Of a stretch of 64,000 nucleotides of DNA, positions 35,206 through 44,145 are shown one piece after another. Made by a program: the position numbers and the translations under genes. Where the stretch lies: IMG/VR virus record IMGVR_UViG_3300021091_000012; one strand, written 5' to 3'. A model generated the notes under the pieces. It was not told where the DNA came from. It was given only the letters and a program-made list of their open reading frames with translations, and searched no databases. Positions within the stretch are counted from its first letter, which is position 1. Each line of letters starts with the position of its first letter. The DNA comes from a virus.

Positions 35206-37593
35206 TTAAGCGTTTTCAAAACTTGCTCCAGTAGGAAGTATGTTAAAGTCGAGTATAATAAATTCTGCTGCTTTTGCTGGTTGAATAAATATCTGTCCAT
35301 ACATGATGTTTCTATCGATAATGTCTGGAGTGTTATTTGTTTCGTCCATAACAACTCGGAAAGCAAACAATCCTTGACGAGCTTTTACTGTTTCTAAGTA
35401 AGGAGTTACAATGTTTAAGAATCGCTGACGTGTTGTAGTTGTGTTGTTCTCAAACACTAAGTAACGGCTTGAAGAGGCAATAAATTTCTTCAATGTAATT
35501 AACAATCGACGAACATTAATTCTATCTAATGCAGAAGGCTTAGCTTGAAGTGTCTTCTGACCCCAGATACAAATTCCTTGTCCAGGGAAGGTTGCAATTG
35601 CATTAATTTTATTTTCGTAAAGGTCGTTTCTTTGCGCCTGGTTTAATCTTAATTCTACATCAACCGCTTCTGAGATGCCTCCACGATTAAGACCTGCTGG
35701 TGCAAACCATTCATATGCTACTGAATCATTAAATGCTATTACACGTGGTACTACCACTGAAGGTGGAACCCATACTGGTTTGTTTTTGTCTGTATCAATA
35801 ATTTTAACCCAAGGCCAGTAAGTTCCTGCGTAGTTAGTATCAATTCCACTATCAGTTACTGCTGCAACAGCGGCTGCTACTGTACTGCCTTGAGTTACCG
35901 GATCAGCTAGCACAAAACAATCTCCTCTATCCTCAGCAACTTCAATTGCCTTGTTAATGATAGCTGAGTGATCTGCTATTGTTGCTCCTGGTGTTACAAT
36001 TAAGTTGATATCAAACTCATCAGCGTTACTGATTACACTAAGTCCTTTAATATATGCCTGACCTCCTGCTGCTGTTGCAGTGCTACAGTTCATACCGAAC
36101 AAATTAGTTGCTGTAGCAGCTGAACCTACTTTTTTAATAACTGCTGGATCTGTTCCATCGAATCCACCTTGAAGTGGAATGGTAAATTTAAGAACACCAG
36201 CTACATCTAGTCCAACAAATGTTGAACCTGAGATGCTTGAACCTCCTACAAACGTTGAGTTGTCGTTTACTTTAGAAGCATTAGGGTGTATAAAACACTC
36301 ATCAAGGTTAAATCCTGTTCCTTTTTGTGCTGTTCCTTTAGCTAAAGGTCTTAACCAGTTATCATTGTCTAAAGATGTAAAATCCCATCCATAGTATGCT
36401 TTTTTGCTGAAAGCTGAGTTGATTTCTGGAGTTGATGTTTCGAGGACGTAAGATGGGAATTCGTAGCTAGATGATATTGGTTGAACCAGTGGTTCGAATC
36501 CAAACGGTTTTACGTTTGCGCTAATTGCTTTGTTTTTTACATCATCAACACACTCTACTCGGATATATTTAGATACGTTATTGTAATCACCTAAACGATT
36601 CACAACGCCTTCGTCGCTTACAGTGTAGTTGCGATCTCCAATTCTTCTAGCGATGTAGTTAGGTGAATCTGGATCTAGATTAAGGTTTGAATAAGACTCA
36701 AGAACTATTGGTCGCTGGTCTGTATCATCATATTCGCGAACTAGCAAAGTAAACGAACCATAATCTGAACCTGGATCTGCTCCTGGTAAGATGCTATTAA
36801 TAATGCTTATCTTGAAAGTTGTATTTGTATTAGAACCATCAGCCAAAGAATACACTTGGAACAATTGAAGTTTTGAACCTCCAATAATTTGAGAAGTAAT
36901 ATATGGTGTTTGTGCTGGTGCATACTCACCGTAGACTGAACTTGAGTAATCTACTAAAGCAGTTGATGATGAATTGAAAGTTATAGAACCTGACTTACCT
37001 GGATTAGTAGCTAAAAAATCACCAAACCAGCTGTGAAGATATCCTTTTTTAGCACCTTTTACTGATTGGCCAAGCACGTTAGCTAGTGAGTTTGGACTAG
37101 ACGGTAAAAGGGATCCAGTTAGGTTCTGTGCAGTAACTCCTGATCCAGATAATGTAAATCCAAATGAACCAGTTGCACTACCTCCATGGAAACCTGAAGT
37201 GTGGAAGTTTGAATTGTCATAGGTATTACCGGTTGAAAAACCAAGAGCGGTAGTTGGCATGATAACACCAACCAATCTAGTGTCAGATCCAGTAGTGTGC
37301 AAGATGTGTACTGCTGTTGCACTATATCCTCCTGCTTGAAGAACACGCACAACTGTTACTGTTGCTGCGCTGTTTAAATAACTCTTAACCGCATACGGTA
37401 CATAAGTCTCTTCACTCAAGCCACCAAACTTTGCAATAAAATCGTCAAAGTTTTCTACTTGAGTAGGTACAAATGCAGGTCCTTTAAGGGTGGGTCCTAT
37501 AATTGCTGCTCCAATTGCTGCAATTCCTGCAGGTAAGAAAGATAGGTCTTTTTCGTTTGTAAAAACACCTGGTGATACTATTCTTTCGGCCAT
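35206..37593 (-). CDS. contractile tail sheath protein (gp18-like)
   Basis: SPGVF..E.D, GP..KGPAFVP, YWPW, WFAPAGLNRG, WGQKTL, RINVRRL. Confidence 0.95.
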   Translation of the reverse strand: MAERIVSPGVFTNEKDLSFLPAGIAAIGAAIIGPTLKGPAFVPTQVENFDDFIAKFGGLSEETYVPYAVKSYLNSAATVTVVRVLQAGGYSATAVHILHTTGSDTRLVGVIMPTTALGFSTGNTYDNSNFHTSGFHGGSATGSFGFTLSGSGVTAQNLTGSLLPSSPNSLANVLGQSVKGAKKGYLHSWFGDFLATNPGKSGSITFNSSSTALVDYSSSVYGEYAPAQTPYITSQIIGGSKLQLFQVYSLADGSNTNTTFKISIINSILPGADPGSDYGSFTLLVREYDDTDQRPIVLESYSNLNLDPDSPNYIARRIGDRNYTVSDEGVVNRLGDYNNVSKYIRVECVDDVKNKAISANVKPFGFEPLVQPISSSYEFPSYVLETSTPEINSAFSKKAYYGWDFTSLDNDNWLRPLAKGTAQKGTGFNLDECFIHPNASKVNDNSTFVGGSSISGSTFVGLDVAGVLKFTIPLQGGFDGTDPAVIKKVGSAATATNLFGMNCSTATAAGGQAYIKGLSVISNADEFDINLIVTPGATIADHSAIINKAIEVAEDRGDCFVLADPVTQGSTVAAAVAAVTDSGIDTNYAGTYWPWVKIIDTDKNKPVWVPPSVVVPRVIAFNDSVAYEWFAPAGLNRGGISEAVDVELRLNQAQRNDLYENKINAIATFPGQGICIWGQKTLQAKPSALDRINVRRLLITLKKFIASSSRYLVFENNTTTTRQRFLNIVTPYLETVKARQGLFAFRVVMDETNNTPDIIDRNIMYGQIFIQPAKAAEFIILDFNILPTGASFENA

Positions 37594-37656
37594 TGTTATG
37601 TTTTGTTGTTAATTTTTAATATAAATATCACAACGTAACTCGAAACCTTACTTTTG

Positions 37657-37929
37657 TTATGAATTTGGTGTAAATTCACCAGATTCTAGGTCTAAAGACC
37701 CTTCACCATACTTTACATCTAACTCTGCTGCTAGTGCTTTTTCTGCTTTGTTAGCTTCAAAAATTTCTTCTTCTATTAGCGCTTCTTGTGCATCTAATGT
37801 TTCTAAATACTCTCTAGTGTTTTTTTGTGCAAGCTTTAGTTGCACCAATTGAGCACCTAAAGTGTTGTACTTATCTTGTAACTCTTTGATTTGAGTTATT
37901 TCTTCTGTTGAGAAAACTTTTTTTTCCAT
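37657..37929 (-). CDS. small coiled-coil protein
   Basis: Ends KYGEGSLDLESGEF; own late motif. Confidence 0.65.
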   Translation of the reverse strand: MEKKVFSTEEITQIKELQDKYNTLGAQLVQLKLAQKNTREYLETLDAQEALIEEEIFEANKAEKALAAELDVKYGEGSLDLESGEFTPNS

Positions 37930-38026
37930 ATAACTTCTTTTATATAAATATGGTGGTAATTTTCTAAATTAATAAAAAGCATTCCAAGATACTCCATTCA
38001 AAACTATGTTACAAATAAATTAATAT

Positions 38027-38128
38027 TTATTGATTTTCTTTTAGTTTTTGTAATTCTTCATACATTGCTAAAAGTTCTGCTTCTTTTTGAGCAATTAATT
38101 CTTCTTGCGTAAACTTCATTGTACTCAT
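38027..38128 (-). CDS. 33-aa coiled-coil micro-ORF, possibly a truncated remnant
   Basis: Manual translation MSTMKFTQEELIAQKEAELLAMYEELQKLKENQ. Confidence 0.45.
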   Translation of the reverse strand: MSTMKFTQEELIAQKEAELLAMYEELQKLKENQ

Positions 38129-38177
38129 AACGTGTGTTTTTGTATTAATGAATATGCTTGATTTTTTGTAAAGTTGT

Positions 38178-38423
38178 TTATGACATGCCTAGCATGTTAA
38201 CATCATTTGTATTGATAGAGAAGTCACTTACAGAAAGGACATCTCCATCTAAGGTAAAATCTGTTGTGTATGTTAATGGGGTTCCACATGGAACATTTGA
38301 AGTATCTATGGCTAAACCATAGCCGGCTCCATCAACATAAACGTTAATAATTTGGTTGTAATCAAAGTCGATTAATTCAACTGCTTCTAAAGTTTTGTCT
38401 TGTAAGAATTCTTTAAGTGTCAT
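38178..38423 (-). CDS. hypothetical acidic protein in the fibre cassette
   Basis: ORF with AAGGA upstream. Confidence 0.55.
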   Translation of the reverse strand: MTLKEFLQDKTLEAVELIDFDYNQIINVYVDGAGYGLAIDTSNVPCGTPLTYTTDFTLDGDVLSVSDFSINTNDVNMLGMS

Positions 38424-38443
38424 AATTTTTCCTTTATTAAAGT

Positions 38444-39177
38444 TTATATTAGTAATAATGCGTTTACTGTATTATTTGCTCCTTTTCCTGTATTATTTAT
38501 ATAATTTGGAAAAGCTTGATTAAACGTTTCATCTACTGATCCATTAGTGTTTAATCTTACTATACGGTTTGGTATAAATGATCCACTATATGTTGTAAAT
38601 GCATTTCCCCAATATATTGAACCATTACTATCAATTGCTAAACCGTTTGGAGTAGATGAAGCCAAAGATAAGTCGGTAGGAATTACATTAGCATTGAAAG
38701 TATCATCTAAAGTACCACTAGGGTTAATTCTAATTAGATATCTAGCAGTAGATCCACTATATGTTTGACTTGCATTAGCACATATTATTTTTCCATCGGA
38801 TTGAAGGGCTAGTGAAAGTCCTGAGCCGGCTAGTCCAGTGCCTACATTAAACGTAGTATCACGAGTACCATTTTGGTTCATTCGAACTATTCGGTTAACA
38901 GTAGAACCACTATAGTTAGTAAATACACCTACTGTAACATATTTGCCATCGGGTTGTTGTTGTATATCATGTACCGTATTATTAAATCCTGCTCCGGGAT
39001 TAAAAGTTGAGTCTAGAACTAGATTACCATTTCCATCTATTTTAGCAATTCGGTTAAGGGTAGGGGCATTATATTGAGTAAATCCTCCTCCAAGTAGTAT
39101 ATATTGTATCGATGCTGGTATTGGTGTTGGAATAAACACAGGTTGGGTATCAGTTAAAATGCAAAAGGTGTAAACAT
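38444..39177 (-). pseudogene. delta-60-repeat (beta-propeller) surface protein with a 5' frameshift
   Basis: Repeats Q.DGK...G.FT.Y.G....RI.R.N..G..D.TF; ATG at 39177 reads MFTPFAF-stop, and one extra T restores the frame. Confidence 0.6.
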
Positions 39178-39180
39178 AGC

Positions 39181-40413
39181 TTATATTAATCTCCTTACAG
39201 AATTTACATAAACATCGGTAGAATCAAAAGTAACTAAAGATATAATATCTATAGCGTTAGCAACTTGCGAACCTGTGTATGCTGATCCTGATGGTTGTTT
39301 TACTACAGACGGAAAGGATACAACACCGTTTCCACCCGAACCTTGAGTTACTCTAATGTTTGCAGTTTTTCCAGGACGGATGTTTGTAAATGCAATATGT
39401 GTAGTTGTAGCATTTGCTAATGTTAATGTAAAAAAATTGCCAGTGCCTAAGTTAATGGATGCTGTTTGTGATGCTATTGATACTGATGATACATTGCCTC
39501 GCAATGACCCTGATAATACTGTTGATCCGGTAACAATAAATGAGCCTGTGATTATTACATCTTGTATAAGTGGATTAACATATGAGGCTGTTGAAGCAAG
39601 TGAAGCGGTACCATAAAATTGTGCATTTTCCCAATCTAGTGATGTGTTTCCAGCGCTATCAAAAGCTCTTCTGCCTTCCCAATCTATTGATCCATTTCCA
39701 GCACTATCAAGAGCTGCTCTGTTTTCCCAACTTATTGATGTGTTTCCAGCGCTATCAAAAGCTCTTCTGCCTTCCCAATCTATTGATCCATTTCCAGCGC
39801 TATCGAGAGCTGCTCTAGCGTCCCAATTTATTGATGTGTTTCCAGCAGTATCGTAAGCTTCTCTAGCGTCCCAATATATTGCTGTAACTCCACTAATATC
39901 GCCCAATACACCATTTACCCATTGAACTCGAACCGTACCATTTTGATCAAATAAAACTGGTTTACCACCACCAATTGTACCTAATGTGTCGATACCACCT
40001 ATAGACCCAGATGCGAATATGCTTGCTGCAATAGAGACAGTTGAACCATCAAATGTGAATCTAGAACTACCACCTAAAACTCCACTGCTATTATATTGTA
40101 CATTATTGGTTGATCCAGCAGCTCTTAAAGTTGTTACATAAGAAGCTGATGTAGCAATTGAAGCAGTTGTTGCAAATGAAGCGGTACCTAAAAGTGAACC
40201 AGTTAATGAACCAGATGCTCTTAAAGCTAAACTTGAGGTTAAGGATGTAGTAGCAAATGATGCACTTACAGCTTGCAGCACATAAGATGCCGTTTGAGAT
40301 GTAGTAGCAAATGAAGCAGTTCCAAGTAATGAACCTGTAAAACCTGATGTAGCAGTTACAGATGTAAGGGCTGCACTAGAGCCAGATACTATGACTTTTT
40401 TCCAATTTGGCAT
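39181..40413 (-). CDS. tail fibre / virion fibre protein
   Basis: MPNWKKVIVSGS start, GSLLGTASFA repeats, 16-aa W-containing repeats. Confidence 0.7.
   Translation of the reverse strand: MPNWKKVIVSGSSAALTSVTATSGFTGSLLGTASFATTSQTASYVLQAVSASFATTSLTSSLALRASGSLTGSLLGTASFATTASIATSASYVTTLRAAGSTNNVQYNSSGVLGGSSRFTFDGSTVSIAASIFASGSIGGIDTLGTIGGGKPVLFDQNGTVRVQWVNGVLGDISGVTAIYWDAREAYDTAGNTSINWDARAALDSAGNGSIDWEGRRAFDSAGNTSISWENRAALDSAGNGSIDWEGRRAFDSAGNTSLDWENAQFYGTASLASTASYVNPLIQDVIITGSFIVTGSTVLSGSLRGNVSSVSIASQTASINLGTGNFFTLTLANATTTHIAFTNIRPGKTANIRVTQGSGGNGVVSFPSVVKQPSGSAYTGSQVANAIDIISLVTFDSTDVYVNSVRRLI
39625..39880 (-). repeat. 48-nt (16-aa) tandem repeat, about 5 units, with a near-exact 96-nt duplication
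   Basis: 39641-39702 is identical to 39737-39798. Confidence 0.9.
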
Positions 40414-40426
40414 ATCAATGTTTTTG

Positions 40427-40488
40427 TGTTGTGGTTAAATACATACACTTATGCCGTGTATATGCCTACTTCCTTTCGGCCAACAACA
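40427..40488 (-). ncRNA. candidate structured 5'-leader RNA (three-way junction)
   Basis: P1 UGUUGU(U)GG/CCACAACA, CC-GAAA-GG hairpin, AUAUACAC/GUGUAUGU stem. Confidence 0.5.
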
Positions 40489-40513
40489 TTTATTTAGTAT
40501 AAATATGTCGTAA

Positions 40514-40753
40514 TTAGTCTTCCACGGCTTTAGCCGCTCTTCTTGCCTCAGCTTTTACAGCTCTTTCTAGTTCAGCTGCTTTTTGAACTTCTGCTTGTGC
40601 TTGCATTTGTTTAATGTGTGCAAGTTCGTGTTCAAGTTTATGTTGAAGGTTTGCTACTAACTTAGCGTCTTTACCACTTATCGTAATAGCGTCTAGCGAG
40701 TGTCTCAGTAGGGTAATATCACCTACTGTTAGATGAATTGAAAAAATATCCAT
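40514..40753 (-). CDS. small protein between fibre genes (possible assembly chaperone)
   Basis: ITISGKDA motif resembling the neighbour's VSITGEQV. Confidence 0.55.
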   Translation of the reverse strand: MDIFSIHLTVGDITLLRHSLDAITISGKDAKLVANLQHKLEHELAHIKQMQAQAEVQKAAELERAVKAEARRAAKAVED

Positions 40754-40755
40754 AA

Positions 40756-40953
40756 CTACTTATCTTGTTTTGTAATCTGCTCGGTGTATTGATTCTGTAG
40801 TTTGATAATCATGTTGTAAAAAACCTCAACCTGCTCTCCAGTAATGCTTACCGATTTCATGCAATTCAAGATGAACTCCAACTCTTGAGCATTAAGCTCA
40901 TTTGGATTGTGATTAGGAACCTTTGCTCCAACTATTTTATTGACAATACCCAT
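40756..40953 (-). CDS. small protein between fibre genes (possible assembly chaperone)
   Basis: L...ELEFIL......TGEQVE..Y....KLQ.QY. Confidence 0.6.
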   Translation of the reverse strand: MGIVNKIVGAKVPNHNPNELNAQELEFILNCMKSVSITGEQVEVFYNMIIKLQNQYTEQITKQDK

Positions 40954-40982
40954 AACCTATATATACAAAATTTTATTCAGAC

Positions 40983-42074
40983 TTACGCTGTATAGACCCA
41001 GAAATTTCCTGCTGCATCCATGTATTGTGATCCAAGTACTGCAAACTCTCCAGTAACTGGTTTAATAGCACCGTGAGAAGCTTCAGTAAATAAATATGGA
41101 ACAAATGAACCACTAACACCAGATGCTGATGTTGGATCAAATGTATTAGTTGTATCTGTCAGACCTGATTGGAATCCCCAACGATCGGTTATTGAGTCAA
41201 ATCCATATCCAATGTTTCCAGCAGCATCTGAACCTCTATCAATCATGATACCACCATCTCCTGCTGTTGCAGATCCAGATGCTAATACGATAAACTTATC
41301 TTCTACATAAAGGTCTTGAACATTGAGATAGGTTAGAGTACCGTTTACTGTGAAGTCACCTTGTACAATACCGTTACCTGCAATTGTAGTTGTACCAGAA
41401 GCATTACCTATGTTTACTGTAGTACCTGCACCTGCAATGTTAACTGTGGTTGCATTGGTGTTGAATAGTGTAGCAGTACCAGTAGATGTAGTTGTTATGT
41501 CAGCACCGTTTACAGCTAAATCACTAGTTAATGTTAATCCTACAAATGTAGGTGAATCAGATGTTTGTAATCCTAAGTCAACAGCCGAAGCAGCAACTCC
41601 GTTTGTAGTCAGTGTTACTTCGCCTTGTGCGCTTGATGCAATAGATGAACCAGAAACAATATTTGTTCCTGCAAAGTTAATTTTTGATGCTGCTATTGCT
41701 GCGGAATTATCAATATCTGCATCGACAATAACTCCGGAACCAATGGCAGCTACTCCAGCATTACTAATTGTAATATCTCCTGACACACCCGCATAAGCTG
41801 ATGCTGTGACTTGTCCTACTGTTACATACTTGTTTGAACCATCATTGGCAAATAGCTGTGTTGTAGATGTTAACGGTGTTAGTTGGGTTGTAGGAAACAC
41901 AGCCGTTGCTGTTACACCCGTTAAATTTGCTCCGTTTCCAGTAAAAGATCCAGTAAAAGATCCGGTTAAAAATGTAGTAGCTTGTGTTGGCGTTATTTGC
42001 TGATTTGCTTCTACATTCAACTGACTCACTTCAATCGCTGAGCCGGATACGAGTACCTTTTTCCAAGTTGGCAT
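40983..42074 (-). CDS. tail fibre / virion fibre protein
   Basis: MPTWKKVLVSGS start, TGSFTGSFTG, GDFTVNGT...VEDKFI.LASGS. Confidence 0.7.
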   Translation of the reverse strand: MPTWKKVLVSGSAIEVSQLNVEANQQITPTQATTFLTGSFTGSFTGNGANLTGVTATAVFPTTQLTPLTSTTQLFANDGSNKYVTVGQVTASAYAGVSGDITISNAGVAAIGSGVIVDADIDNSAAIAASKINFAGTNIVSGSSIASSAQGEVTLTTNGVAASAVDLGLQTSDSPTFVGLTLTSDLAVNGADITTTSTGTATLFNTNATTVNIAGAGTTVNIGNASGTTTIAGNGIVQGDFTVNGTLTYLNVQDLYVEDKFIVLASGSATAGDGGIMIDRGSDAAGNIGYGFDSITDRWGFQSGLTDTTNTFDPTSASGVSGSFVPYLFTEASHGAIKPVTGEFAVLGSQYMDAAGNFWVYTA

Positions 42075-42135
42075 GTTATATTATTTTTGTGTGTTGTGTA
42101 TAATTAGGCTTTGCATATAAATAGTCTGTGGATAT

Positions 42136-42447
42136 CTAATCCAATCCAATAAACAAGTTGTTTGCTGTAAAAATTACTCCTCCATTTGGAGCTGTGCCCG
42201 TTGGATTTGCGCTCTGCGTCGCTAATACTAGCACTCCACTTTGAGATACAGTCAATATTGGTTGATTGTTAAAATTCTTAATTATGAATATGTCGTTGAT
42301 ATTGCTCTTTATCTCCAAAGAGCCAGTAATTATTGCACTACCTGAGAACGGAAAAGCACCTCCTCCATTGAGCGCAAAAGATGCCGTTAATGCATAACTT
42401 GCTGTTGCAACTGAGCCTGATACTTGATTCCCTCTTATTAATGCCAT
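42136..42447 (-). CDS. small virion fibre-like protein
   Basis: ASYALTASFA, FPFSGSA.ITGSL. Confidence 0.6.
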   Translation of the reverse strand: MALIRGNQVSGSVATASYALTASFALNGGGAFPFSGSAIITGSLEIKSNINDIFIIKNFNNQPILTVSQSGVLVLATQSANPTGTAPNGGVIFTANNLFIGLD

Positions 42448-42448
42448 G

Positions 42449-43636
42449 TTATGCGAATTTACCTACAGCTACTACTTCATCGGCTGCTATTAAGTTAAAT
42501 CCTAATTCACTTATATCTAAAACCAAAGTACACGTTCCATTTCCGTTATCAACAAAGCTAGTAATGGCATTTGGTTCAACGTGTTGCCCATTTACAAAGA
42601 ACATAAAGTTTGAAACACTTGTTGGTAATATTCCAGTTGGTGCTTGTAGGAATGATGCGGTAAACAGTGCAGTATCCGGTACCGATACGGTTGTAGCTAA
42701 TTTAGCTATATTTGTATTTAAGTATGCTGTAAGTGTAGCGCTCACTAGATTTCCTGGATTTGGTGTTTGTGTAATAGTAGGTTGTGAAATTGTTGTAGGT
42801 ATTCCAGTTGTTAGTGTATCAATTGTTGCTCCATCTACATCTACTGTTGCATCAATAGTAATTTGTCTTGAGTCGAATGCTTTGGAAGATTGTTTTTTGC
42901 TTAGGTTTTTAGCTAGTGTGTCTGGAATAATATATCCAAACATTGTAATTGTAAAAGCCGTTCTTACTACCCGATCTTGATCTTGTAGTAAGTCTGTTGT
43001 GTTTGTAAAGCTATCAATCTTAGTCCTAAACTTAAACCTTTCTGGATCACCCCAAAAAGAACCTTCTGTATATATGACCGGTTCCACTAAGTTATTCATT
43101 TGATCCTCAAACTCTGTCCAAATAATAACATCATACGTAACATCTACAAATTCTGGTATTACTGTTGTTACAAAGCTTTTGATTGGTTTTGAGTTTGTTA
43201 ATACACTAAACTGATCGTATTTGTTTTGCTTGCCATACTTAATCTCCTCCGTAAAATAGAGTTGTGGAAAATTTGCATCTACTTTAGAGCCTAAAGTTTT
43301 ATTTTTAGTTACACTAGTCCTTCTAAATGATATTAGTGGTGTTTGTATTTTTCCATTCTTATCTCTAAAGTAACCATCAGCTTGCATGTTTTTCCACTTT
43401 TCTGGAGCGCCGTGCATGACTGGAACTGGAACTTGTTTTCCGAATTCAGTAACTTGTGGTCTAATTACGTTATCAAAATACCATTTAATACAATAATCTA
43501 GATCAAACAAACCAATGCGCAATTCTTTAAGAGTGTCATCATCTCTTCTCACATCATTTGCTCTAGTGAATCGAGTATCTTCAACTCCCTTTGAAAGCTC
43601 GTATTGTGATTTTGGTAAGTTTTTCTTTGTATACAT
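42449..43636 (-). CDS. tail terminator / sheath stabiliser (gp15-like) with C-terminal extension
   Basis: VPV.HG.PEKW, P.IS..R, P..V...Y...IWT; synteny after gp13/gp14-like genes. Confidence 0.65.
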   Translation of the reverse strand: MYTKKNLPKSQYELSKGVEDTRFTRANDVRRDDDTLKELRIGLFDLDYCIKWYFDNVIRPQVTEFGKQVPVPVMHGAPEKWKNMQADGYFRDKNGKIQTPLISFRRTSVTKNKTLGSKVDANFPQLYFTEEIKYGKQNKYDQFSVLTNSKPIKSFVTTVIPEFVDVTYDVIIWTEFEDQMNNLVEPVIYTEGSFWGDPERFKFRTKIDSFTNTTDLLQDQDRVVRTAFTITMFGYIIPDTLAKNLSKKQSSKAFDSRQITIDATVDVDGATIDTLTTGIPTTISQPTITQTPNPGNLVSATLTAYLNTNIAKLATTVSVPDTALFTASFLQAPTGILPTSVSNFMFFVNGQHVEPNAITSFVDNGNGTCTLVLDISELGFNLIAADEVVAVGKFA

Positions 43637-44145
43637 TATCTAAACTTTACTATTTGTAGTCTTGTTACCCGCGTCAAGTGAGTACTACACTCTAATGACA
43701 TATTGCGACCAAACTCAACTCCAACACTCTTTCCGTAATCCCTATCCTTCCCTGCAAAAAACTGTATCTGATTGACATTGTCTACTTCGTAAAAGTTGCC
43801 TCGGTCTTCAATAATATCGCCTATCACTGGCGATAATCCTATTTCTTCCAATTTTGGTCGTAAGAATCTAAAAAGATAAGCAGAAGTAACATCGATGCCA
43901 AACTGGTCATCTTGTTGTGCTTGAAATCCTTGAGTTCTATCTACTAGGCAAGTTACTCTAACTGGTTTGTGATACGCTTTTTGAGATGACCCTTCTCCAT
44001 ATAACTTTGTAGCGGCGTCAGTGCTACTTACGTCTGGAATATATAGCTTATAGTAATCCACTTCCTGCTGAATTACGTTGTCTAGTAATTCATTGTTCAC
44101 CTTTAAGATGAAGCTAATGTCTCTGCTGCTACCAAAAAGTGCCAT
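43636..44145 (-). CDS. head closure / neck protein (gp14-like)
   Basis: LYGE, FG.D, P..GDII...FYEV; synteny. Confidence 0.65.
   Translation of the reverse strand: MALFGSSRDISFILKVNNELLDNVIQQEVDYYKLYIPDVSSTDAATKLYGEGSSQKAYHKPVRVTCLVDRTQGFQAQQDDQFGIDVTSAYLFRFLRPKLEEIGLSPVIGDIIEDRGNFYEVDNVNQIQFFAGKDRDYGKSVGVEFGRNMSLECSTHLTRVTRLQIVKFR

Noticed and set aside
39625-39880. Diversity-generating retroelement template/variable repeat pair
   Set aside because: Repeats are tandem, in-frame and inside one gene; no reverse transcriptase in the window
25183-40973. Shared 13-nt AAATTTTGTATAT upstream of the second PolA and of the 40953 ORF
   Set aside because: Only two AT-rich copies without the TTG-N20 partner; could be chance
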